The notes beneath the pieces are model-generated. The model saw only the letters and a list, made by a program, of their open reading frames with translations, was not told the origin of the DNA and searched no databases. Positions 53,209 through 64,000 of a DNA stretch of 64,000 bases are shown here, piece by piece (position 1 is the stretch's first letter; the number at the start of each line of letters is the position of its first letter). Source of the stretch: Auanema rhodensis. Its lineage: Eukaryota; Animalia; Nematoda. The DNA lies in assembly GCA_964057225.1 (NCBI GenBank), contig OZ059895.1, positions 7,192,001-7,256,000 on the forward strand, read 5' to 3'. The translations under genes and the position numbers were made by a program.

Positions 53209-53817
53209 ATTCTATATAATTATTTTTTAATAATCAAATCCCGTATACTTTGCTACCGCCGGTTTCACGTGTTTTTCACGTTATTTTCAAGTTTTATCAA
53301 AGAAACTTAATCGAAAAGACTGTAAGAAATGCTTCCAGCTTTATATAATTATAATTATAGTTTTGCCTAATATATATAACTCATAATCCAGGTGATTTCT
53401 TCTTTTTTCTATATTAAGCTTCTTTGAAAATTCAGTAATTTATAGATAAAGAAATCTTATTTCTCTCTTTCTCTCTCTATCTCTCTCTCTCTCCCTCTCT
53501 CTAATTCACTTTATTTCTCTTAACTAACTATTACTTAATTATATTAAATATATATTTTATATGATAATAGCGTGTTGCCTTTGCTTTTTCGAGTCAATTT
53601 TTATGTTTTAATTTTGCTTTTTTCATCTTATTATTCGATGATTTTGTAAATTTTTCATTCATTTCAAGTAATTTTCTTATTTGTTTGTTTATCAAAGGTG
53701 CTTTAATTATAATTTTTATTTTATTTTTTCATTATTTTCAAAGACATAATGAAATTTTCAAAAAAAAATTTATTAAATGATTAGAAACACAGACTTTGAA
53801 TATTTGTTTTGTTTTGC

Positions 53818-56597
53818 TTACAAGACTATAGATATCTTGCCAGAAGCTACCAATTGACGTAAACGATATTTCTGAATTTTTGTGTGAACCCGTGGAAAAT
53901 CTTCTACAAAAGCAAATTGTTCAGGTATTGGAAACTGAAATATTTATATAATTATATATAATATACTATAGTATAGTTAATCTTACTCTGTGATTGCGAC
54001 ACATATCAACAAGTTCATTACGAACGTATACAGCATTGCTTCCAGGATTTTTCATTACACATACAGCTGTTACAGGTTCACCACGTCCAATAGATATAAC
54101 CTTAATAGTTTTAATAGTAAAACTTAAGTTTGAAACTTAAAACTATACTTGAACTCCTTTAATTAATTCATTTTGATTTAATAATCTTTCAATATTCCAA
54201 TGTTCAACTAAACCATTGTTTTTGTCTTGAATTAAATCTTCTTTGCTTGTCACTATTTCAACATTTCCTTGAGCATCCATCCGTGCTACATCTCTATAAT
54301 CAAGTTTATCTTCATATTTCATGTAAATTCTTTCATCTTACCCTGTATCTAACCATTTCTCTTTTCCTGAACAGTCTGGAGCATAACCAAGGAAGGTGCT
54401 ACCGAAATATGTTCGGATTTTCAAATATCCCAACTGTCCTTCTGGAACTTTTTCCCCTGAGCCTGATAAAGCTTCCAAGCATATCTGAAACATGTAATTC
54501 GTAAAAGAGCAAGAAATATATATTTTTTTGGTTTATTAAATTGAAAATTGAAGCATAACATGCCTCATATCCAGCTATGGCACGTCCAACATTTCGTGTA
54601 AAATCTGTTGTTTCATCACCCAAAATAGGAATAGATCCAGTTTCAGTTAAAAGATATCCAACCTAAATGTATTTTATAAAAATATTATGAATTTCTATGT
54701 ATTTACCGCAATAATTTTGACATTTTGGCATTGTTGTTGAATAATTTGAAGAACTTCACGTGATACTCTATCACCAATTAATAAAATATTTTGAAGTTGA
54801 TTCAATTTAACACGTTGAGTTTGTGAGATCTTGAGCAATAATCGTAAAGCAGATCCATTTGATAATAGTGTTGTACAACTTAAAAAAAATATATTTAACT
54901 ATATATATATAGTTAAATAGAATAGAATTACTTACTTATACTTATTAACACTTGCAAATAGATTACGAGGTAATGGAGAAGGCTCAGGAAAAACTGTTCG
55001 ACATTCAGTTAAGAATGGTGACAAGCATACAAGCGAGAAGATTGGAATACGGAAAATTGGCAAAGCACAGCATATAACATGCTAAAATCAAATAAAATTT
55101 ATTTATTTTAAATTTAGGTTTGTTTACCTCTTTTTGAATATGAAAAGCTGTTACTGTAGCTCGAGCACCATTAAGTAATTGATAATGAGACAATGCTACA
55201 AGTTTTGGTTCAGCTGTTGATCCCTAAAATAAATATAAAGTATATATTTAGTTATTATTATAAATTAAAGATACCATAGTAAATTGTAAACAAGCTAGTT
55301 TATGGCTACTCCAATTCTCATATTTTGGCAATTTTTCAACTTTTTCTTTTGAAGATTTATTAAAAACTTCAGATAAGGTATAAGTTCCTCTATAAATAAA
55401 AATTCATTGAAATTAAAAACAAATCCAAGTACTTACGCATGACGGTGATCTTCCTCTGCTAGTATGACGTGTGTTAAATTAGGAAGTGCATTACACTTAA
55501 GTTTTCCTATAAAGTAAACAAATCAAAATGTTTTCAGTTCCGCCATGACGTTGACAATGTGTAAATTTTACAAGAAATAAACTTTATAGAATGTTTTTAT
55601 CTCTCTCTCTCTCTCTCTTCCTCATTCCCACATTCTTATACTGTTATCATTCAAAACAAAAACATTAGCAGCGAGTGGTTTCGATCCACCGACCTCTGGG
55701 TTATGGGCCCAGCACGCTTCCACTGCGCCACGCTGCTGTTGAAACTGGCTTCAAAAATATTTCCTCTATATTTATCCAATTTTACAACAAATCAAAGATG
55801 AATCATACTCTAGTACCTTTCGGACAACTCATTAGTTCTGGACAGAACTCAAGAAGCAATGAGTGTAAATAATCTGTTTGCGCCTGGGCCTTGAAGCAGA
55901 TAACAGCCCGAAATTCTCCCTAAACTTTATTGTTTTTAAACCTAGTATTCATTGACAAGTTCATATTCATCAGAAATTGAAATGAGAACTCACAACAGCA
56001 AGAGCACGATAGAAGCTTTCAGCATGTGGAAAGTTTGGATTAGCCATACTGAATACCAAACCAGCACGAGAAGCAGCTAAAGTGCTGAGCATAGCCTAAG
56101 AAAAAGCAGTTTTGAGATAGTATATTCTAATGAAAACCTGTGAATGATTACTTCCACAAATAAGAATTCGATCACCCGGTACTAATCCAGTAGATAACAA
56201 TCCAGCAGCAATACCATCCATCTAATCAATAATTATTTATAATAATATATATATTAGATTGATATAATACCTCAGTTACAACTTTGGCAAATGTCAAAGA
56301 AGTTTTTTCGGAATCAAAAACAGCAGCAACTCTATCACTTCCGGCCTAATTATTAATATTAAAAAATTTAAAAAAGTAATATTTACCTTTGTATAAATTA
56401 ATTCAGGAATTGTTTGTGAATCAAAGTCTACTTGTTTTGGTGGAGGAAAATTAGAAGATCCCTTAGAATAAATAAATAAATTTATTATTTTAAAATGAAA
56501 TTAAAATGAAAAATTTAACTAAAAATATCAGAAAATATCATCTAACCTTTACGAATCCATTATAATCAATGCAGTAAGTTTGGTCAATAATGGACAT
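53818..56597 (-). CDS. AMP-binding / acyl-CoA synthetase family (ACSF2-like) protein, multi-exon, with degenerate catalytic motifs
   Basis: Spliced peptide: MSIIDQTYC..., LTFAKVVTEMDGIAAGLLSTGLVPGDRILICGSN, CLQFTMGSTAEPKLVALSHYQLLN, GYLLTETG, WLDTGDVARMD, IPEQFAFVEDFPRVHTKIQKYRLRQ. Stop TAA at 53820-53818. Confidence 0.88.
55666..55737 (-). tRNA. Initiator tRNA-Met (CAT)
   Basis: AGCAGCGTGGCGCAGTGGAAGCGTGCTGGGCCCATAACCCAGAGGTCGGTGGATCGAAACCACTCGCTGCTA, 72 nt. A1-U72 pair, three G-C pairs next to the CAT anticodon loop, T-loop ATCGAAA (initiator hallmark), and a TTTTT Pol III terminator just downstream. Confidence 0.98.
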
Positions 56598-57835
56598 ATT
56601 GAAGAAAATCTTTAAAAGGATCAATTTTTATATAAACAAATAACTATTTTATAGAATTAATAAAGAAAATAGATAATTTATAAATAAAATATTCAAAAAA
56701 AGAAAATATAAATGATGATTTTATATGTTTTGTGTACAAATTATATAAAATTTTGAATAAAATATATTGAAATAAATAAAAATAAAAATATTATAGAAGA
56801 TGTGTATTTAAACAAAAATATATTTGGTTGTGATAGATACAAGATTTTGAGGAAAAGCAATACTAACAGCTGACAAAGTCGACCGTTGGTCGTAGGTCAG
56901 ACCGAAACTATAGCTGTAGGTGTACTTCTGTTTGTAAAATTAAAAACTTTTTTTTTTAATTTAAAACAGAAAAAAACATATAAAAGATTAGAAGAAAAGT
57001 ACTCATGAGTTAAGTAATTCTTCTAGCAATCTATATATTTATCTGATTTGAACAACGCAAAATAAATGTGAAATAGTAAAAACGTATTGAGATGTATAGA
57101 TATAAGAAGAAGTTGTTGAGATACAAAAGTAATTTCAAATAATAGAAAAAGTATTAAAAGAGAGAGAAAGTGAAAGTAAGAGAGAGAGAAAGAGAGAGAG
57201 AAAGTGAGAGGGAATTGTGGTTCAATAGGTATGAGCAAAATCTTTGAGCCCATCTGTTTATAATTACTTCTCATCTTTACAACAAAAATCGATCAAATTG
57301 TGCCATTCTTCTTCAATTCATTGTGAGTTATCACAAAATCTTTTAACTATATTCAATATATGTTTTTTTTCTTTTCTTCTTCTTTTTTTTAACTATATGT
57401 ATATATATATATACGAATAATGCAGCTGAACAATCTAATTTCATCGTTTTTCTACCCTTTCCGTCTTCTAATTCGTTTTTCCTTTTCCTGGAAATAATTC
57501 AGAAAATAGCTAGTTTTCTTCATTGTAACATTGAGCCATGTATTAGCTCACCTATGTGTTGTCTTTTTTTTTTGATTAACAAAGTATATAAAATATAATT
57601 TTATAGTAAACATTTAAAAATAATTAAACAAATATAAATATATATTTATTATAATTTTCATTTAAATATTCTTTTTTATTTAAAATCTTGAGTATAAATA
57701 AAACCCATGTTTGTATATTATCACAGAGAGCAGAAAAAAACAAATAAAACTTCTGAAACTATAGTTAACCTATATTATGTATAGTTTAAAAAAAATTTAA
57801 ACTATATTATAGTTAAACTACTATTACTAATACTA

Positions 57836-60800
57836 CTATGGTGTCCATTTAGGAAGTGGCTTTCCACCAAAATGTGCCCAAACATTTTCAAATTCGCCTT
57901 GAGGAATTTCAGCTCCTTTACGTCGAGTAAGATCTGTTTGATCTAACGGTCGATCACACATATGAATATCATCTTTACCTTTAAAAAATATAAAATAAAA
58001 GATAAAAAAAGAAGATTATATATACCTGCTATTAATAGAATAGGTTCAGATGATGGATATTGTATTATTTGACGACATATATATTGACCATTGAAATGAG
58101 AATACCAAACACCTCGTTGTGTATTGGATGTAGCATTACAAGCTTAAGCATAAATATAATTTAAATATAACTATATATAGAAGTAATTACAATGTTCAGC
58201 TTTATAGATGTCTGTCTCATTACTAATAGGAACTTTGAAATATCTTTGAACTGTCAAGGCTGGATTAACTAGTGGAACTGTGGATCGACCTGAACTAGAA
58301 GCTTAGAAACAGCGTCTCACCAATAAAGCTAGCTTTCTCCGTGAAGAAACATCTAAGATGCATACCGTTCGTTATGTTCATCATCGAGAAAGGTACCCGA
58401 CTGGTAGATGGAATAGGAATAGGAAGATGTTTTCGAGGCAGTTTGATTTATTTCTATTTTATCAGAGAAAAGGACGAGTATATATTATGTGATGATGTAT
58501 ATATCAGTGAATAATGTATTTTATAGATCCAGAATAATCAGTAGAGCTATGAATTTGAATTCAGATCGAAATTTCGCATCGAATAGCATATCATATGTAA
58601 ATTTAGAGCCGAAATTAATAAAAATCCTGGAACTCTCTCTTCATAAATGGAATTCGCCTTGAGGGATCCTGAGTATCGACTCTGCACATCAGCTAGTGGA
58701 GCCAAATTTGAAAAGGGGTTTACGAATTTTCTTGAAATCTAAAAGGGTAATATTGCAAAATAGATTGTAAAAGAAGTTGATGAAGAAGAAAGAAAGAAGT
58801 GTACGCACCTAAGCTAATGCTATCAATTGCAATAGAGTACTGTAGGTCAGGTGTGATAACACAATAAACGATTTAAGGAAACTTGAACAAACTTTTTTTA
58901 AGTAACGAAAAACGTGAATATGCTACAGCTTAAGCTTCTGAGAGCATAAAAATTCTGGAAGAAAAAACGGCGAATGTTTCTTTATCAATATCAAATCAAT
59001 AGTTTTCAGTAAGGCAAATGGGCGGGTACACCATGAAAAGGGGAGGGAGACACAAAACCTCTTTTTCTACATCAATAAATCTTTCAAAAGGCTTTTTCTT
59101 AATTGCCATCTTAATATATATAAAATTAGTAATACAATACTTTTTTTAATGTCAATTAACTTCCGCTATTTCCGCCATGCCAACGGTTGCATCGCAATCG
59201 TAATCGTCAGAGCATCAAACGGATTCACAAAGACTTTTGGTAGTTTAATTTCTAATTTAGAATTTATATATTCTTCAGACTTTTAGTTTTTTGTTTAGTT
59301 TAAATATGAATAGAATACTGTGTACCTGAACTATGTAATATCTTGTAAGCATCAAATGTGTAGAAATCATTGAAAAATCCTAAATGATAGATGCTATTTT
59401 ACATTATTTTTATTATTTTGTAAACAAAATATCAAGAAATATATATATATATATAAATAGAAAAATATGTGTATATATGCTACTACTCACATCTTTTTAC
59501 TCAAAATTTAATATCCATATAAACAAAAATAGCTCTAAACTTCCGACAAGAACAATTCCCAGTGTTGCAAAACTCAAAAACCCTAACTGGATTTACTGCT
59601 TCAAATTCCCTGCTTTCCAAACAAGGAGATTCGTTTTAAGATATATCTTTGGCTTATTACTACAATTATAGCTTCAAATCAACATTAGATGAATCTAATT
59701 GTAGTAAATTTTTCAAACGAACAGACTGACTTTTACTTCTAATGAAAACTGAATAAATAAAATGTATGGATAAACTTTTGAATAAACTATATAGTAGTAT
59801 AGTATATGAACACATGTCATTTATTTCATTTTTTATATTCAAAAATATTATAATAAAATTAAAAATTTGAATTTTGTCCTAATAAAAGGCACATTTCAGA
59901 CTAAAAATTAATAAAAATTCTGAATTTCTCTTGGAAAAAATGGAATTTGCCCTCAGGGATCCTGAGTATCGATTCTGCACATCAACTAGTGGAGCCAAAT
60001 TTGAATAGGGTTTTTCAGAAATTTCATAAAATCTCAATTAAAAATTAAAAATGAAAAGAATATAAATGTAAAATAATATTTATTATGTTAATAAATAAAT
60101 TGATAATTAATGTGTTGTATCACTGTCGCATATTAGGCTTTTGGGTTGATTTCCATTCATTGTAAATTCGTACTCTTCTTGTGAACTCATCTTTACAAGC
60201 TGTCAACAATTCCAAATCTATAATTAATTAAGAAAGTATAGTTAACTAAGTAAGCTAATAAAGAAATAGTTGAAAGTTACTACTGAAACAACTTAAAAGC
60301 ACAGGCAATTGCAGAGTGCTAGAATAGCCTAGAAGAGGATATGCTTGCAATGATGAGCAACATACATGTCGCATGCTAACGATAAGTAAAAAGCTATAGC
60401 CATTAACTTAAACGAAGAAAATGTGATACTTTGTTGCAGGAAGGAAGCTGACAATTATGTTTTTACATGAGATAAGCTACACAAAGAAGTTAGTTCGAAG
60501 AAAAAAGATTAGATATGTAAGCATATTGCTTCTTCTTCTCTCATTTTTTTTGGTGAATATACTTAATATTGTCAATAATGTCTTTTACATCATTTTTCTC
60601 TATTTTGATTATGTAACACAGAAAAATATAGTTAATCTAGTTGTAATAAGAAAGAAGAACACACAAACACCAGATATATCCTGAGCACCAAAAAAATGAG
60701 CAGATGGAGCTGTCTATCCATTTTTTCGTTTTTTTTCTTGACCTAGCTATTGCTCTTACATCGATATAGCATTCATTTCTTCCTTTTTCAGATCGTAGAT

Positions 60801-63800
60801 TAGCAACTCACTTTTCCTTCTCTCTCTATCTCTCTATCTCTCTATCTCTCTATCTCTATCTCTCTATCGCCCTCTCTATCTCTCTCTATCTCGCTCACTC
60901 ACTACATTTTCTTTCAGAAACTTTTATAAAACAACATTAGAAGAGAAGATCTAATAATTTTAAACAATAAGCTAACCTGTTGATGTGTTAATTGTATCAC
61001 GAAGTTCAGGGAAGCTCCAGCTTGACAAATCATTTTTTCCTTTGTTAGTATTAATATTTTGAGTAGATCTGAAATGAATATAAACATATACAAAGAATAT
61101 TTTTTTATTTTCAACTCACATTGGTATTGAGGGAATTTCTACAATAGCTTGATGATCATCTTTTGCTAATCGACTAGCAAGCTGGTAATCTAAACGTTCT
61201 TGATGAACTAGAACCTGTCTGCAAGGTAGAAAGAGAATATATAATAATTCAATAGTGACAATAAACCTTTTCGATTCAGTTTTTTCTCTTTCGCTAAGCC
61301 ATTGCCTTTCAGACTTTTCTCGTTCTTCTTCATGCTCTTTACGTCTAAGAAAGAAGAATTATTGAAATAATGGTTATATTATATTGAATATATAACTATA
61401 TAGAATAAAATATGTGTGAATTAAACTTTAGTTCACTAAAATATATTCGAAAATTATCAAATTAAATAGAAACAGAACATGAGCTACATGTAGGTGGGAG
61501 TCGATCGCAATGAAATTAAGTAATTTTCTTCAATAGAAACTGAGTTGATGATGGTCATTAAAGGAATCGACACAGAGAAACAAGCAGAATTGAATTTTAG
61601 AATTTCATTCATAGCATGTCAGCAAAAAAGGGGCAAAAAGACGTACGAAATAGAAATTTTAAAATTAAAAGAAAACAAACATTTGACGATCAGCTAGCCG
61701 TTGTTGTTGCTCTTGTTCTTGTCTTCGAAGACGTTCCTGTTCTTGTAACCTTAATTATCAAATATTATATGAAAATATATAATATATAATACCTTTTTTC
61801 TTCTAATTTAAGTAATTTCAGTTGTTCATCATCTTGAAGTTGTTTCCTTAAACATATCAACGTAAATTAGAATAGACAAAACAAATTTAAAAACAAAACA
61901 ACAAATAAACATACTTCAACAGCAATATTATCTGATTGACGTTTTGGCTACATTCCTCACGTTGTTTTGTTGCTTTTAAGATTTCAAATTGATTACTCTG
62001 TATATAAATAATTAATTATAAATTATAATATTATATAATATTAACCTTAATATAAGATATTAGCTTATTTATATTTGTATTCAACTCTACAACAGATTTC
62101 GACCATTTAGCTGCACTAGAAGCTTCTAATTCTTTAATAATCTTAGTTGTATCTATAGCTCGTTGTTGTAAGATAAGTGAAGATCTATATATTTCTAATC
62201 TGAAAACAATGATTGAGATGAATCTTAAAGTAGAAAATTATCAAGTCAAAAGAAAAAAAAGGGGAAATGGAAGTGAGATTCGTGAGAAAAATAACAAAAA
62301 AGGACATTTTGTGCAAACATAATTAGAATTGAATTTGAAAATTGTGCAACTATGTAGATGTAGATAATAAAATAAAAATAATTAATTGGCATAGCTGATA
62401 AATGAAACAAAAAAAAGATAAAAGGAAGATGAAGTGATTGTTAAAACTAAGAAACATATTATCACAAAGTATATTTAAGAAGAAACAACTTAAAATATCT
62501 GTTAATCTTGTTTTTAAATAGTCAAAGAATTAGCAAACGAGTGAAAAAAAAACAACGAAAAACAGAAGTGCTTCGTATCAGCTCAGAGCACTGCTGGTAT
62601 AGGTCGTTTGTTTCTCGAATGCTTTTGGGGACCAAATTGAAAAAATATAGCAGCTTGTTCAATAAGAACAAGATAGGAAATAGAATCTTTCTACTATATT
62701 ATTTTACTATATATAATATGCTAATATCATATAGTTTTCGTGAAAAAATGAATTATGAATGCATAAACATCAATTGATCTACAAATTAATGAGAAAAAAT
62801 GCTTTGTTAAACTTCGAAGATGGCTAGACAAGGAATTTAAATTCAGAAAAGTTTTTCAACTTTTTTTTCATTTGATGAATTAGAAATAAAATCTTAAAAT
62901 ATAACAAAGGCTTTGATGGGTGAGTTGACCCTCTTCAGCATTCAAATAATGAAAAGAGACAAGAAAAGAGTTATAGACTCATATAAAAAGAAAAGAGACG
63001 ACTTAGTTTAAGAATCAAAATTAAAACAAACTACTAAGCATTAGAAAAATGCTTTTCATCTTTTCTTGAAAATCGTATAAACAAGCATACCTGGGTTTAT
63101 ACTGTTTTCGAACTAGATATCCTCTCAAAGCAGCTTGAAGTTTTGTTACATATTCCGAACGATATTCAATCTTCTTTTTCACTAAAATATTAAATATAAT
63201 TTCTAATACTAAGATATAAATATGTTATTTGACATGTTCTTTTGGCTCATTTCTCATAATAAGTCAAATTCAGAGCAATTACCACGAGCTATTATTTAGA
63301 TTTTTCTACAAGCTGCCAGATCTATGTCACAAAAAAAATGGCAATTTGTCATTCTTTACATTAAAACTATTTCCTATTCTGGCGATGTCTTAGGTTGTTT
63401 CAGAACTGGCAAAAGCCAAAAAGAGGATGAGTTTAAGGGAACTCGATCACGAAAAAAAAATGCAAAATAGGTATTTGTAAGTATGATACATACGTATATG
63501 ATATAGTTAATATTTAAATTTGAACTTACATTTGATAACCATCCAACTACCATATTGTACCTTATGCCATCGACTACGTATAAGCCATGTACGTACTTGA
63601 CCAATTAGATATTTCATATGTTCAGGATCTTGCTTCATTAACTATACATATAATTATTAAAAAAATATTAAAATGAAATATAATACTTGATCGAATTCAG
63701 CAAATTTTCCTGAACGGAAAAACACCTTTGTTAATCCGAAACATGAGTCCGTTTCACTCATGCCCAAAGCACGAAACAAGCACTGTAAGAAAAGTGAAAA

Positions 63801-64000
63801 TAATTATTAAAATATTCAAAAATTAAATCCCACTTTACAGAATAGTCGTGGATGTAAAAGAGCTAAATCTTTAGGTAATAGAGACTTATACATTTCATAA
63901 AGCTCGTTGAATGATGTTCTAAAAATGTTTTTAATATAGATTAATTATATTAATTATTATATACCTATTTGGATATCCTTTCTGCATTAATTTTAGTACA
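57836..64000 (-). CDS. MYO6: Unconventional myosin VI (spe-15/hum-8 class), 3' half; 5' end lies beyond the window
   Basis: Exons from the right edge: [23 protein letters not shown]...[23 protein letters not shown], insert-2 [12 protein letters not shown]...VIKLKKKI, IQ motif [15 protein letters not shown]-rich medial tail, [34 protein letters not shown], cargo-binding domain QRYFKVP...[14 protein letters not shown]...LLIAGKDD..MC...LTRRKGAEI...W..FGG. Stop at 57838-57836. Confidence 0.96.
58601..58740. repeat. Direct repeat copy 1 (~140 bp) in a myosin VI intron
   Basis: Aligns with 59893-60034. Core 58662-58712 matches 59955-60005 at 49/51 positions. Confidence 0.9.
59893..60034. repeat. 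Direct repeat copy 2 (~140 bp) in the same myosin VI intron
   Basis: Same orientation as 58601-58740, ~1.29 kb apart. Confidence 0.9.
60820..60890. repeat. (CTCTAT/CTCTCTAT)n compound microsatellite
   Basis: Visible imperfect tandem array. Confidence 0.85.

Noticed and set aside
58632-58740. Minus-strand frame ...[21 protein letters not shown] suggesting a selenocysteine exon, plus a 14-nt match to the last myosin exon (IPQGEF)
   Set aside because: The upstream part of the frame is not preserved in the second repeat copy, no SECIS is seen, and the short match is compatible with chance.

Overview
Eukaryotic, intron-rich, AT-rich DNA from a rhabditid-type (clade V-like) nematode. The evidence is a cuticle collagen, 40-55 nt introns with TTTCAG/TTTTAG acceptors, and miRNAs identical to C. 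elegans. Most six-frame ORFs are spurious or are exon fragments. Eight protein-coding genes were rebuilt by hand: 5'-truncated ppfr-1/PP4R1 (+), dyf-5 ciliary kinase (-) with an upstream X-box, a cuticle collagen (+), rtcb-1 (-) and RSPRY1 (-) in a probable operon, a GPI-type LU/three-finger surface protein (+), an acyl-CoA-synthetase-fold protein with degenerate adenylation motifs (-), and the 3' half of a myosin VI (-). Non-coding genes are mir-71 and mir-2 in one ppfr-1 intron and an initiator tRNA-Met in an intron of the synthetase-like gene. I found no clear-cut novel multi-gene system. The best leads are the possible pseudo-enzyme, a possible distant in-frame first exon for RSPRY1, miR-2 seed sites in the host gene's own 3' UTR, a recurrent TTAACTATA...TATAGTTAA palindrome, a conserved-core direct repeat in a myosin intron, and a candidate spliced micro-ORF. 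Exon coordinates were read manually and may be off by a few bases.
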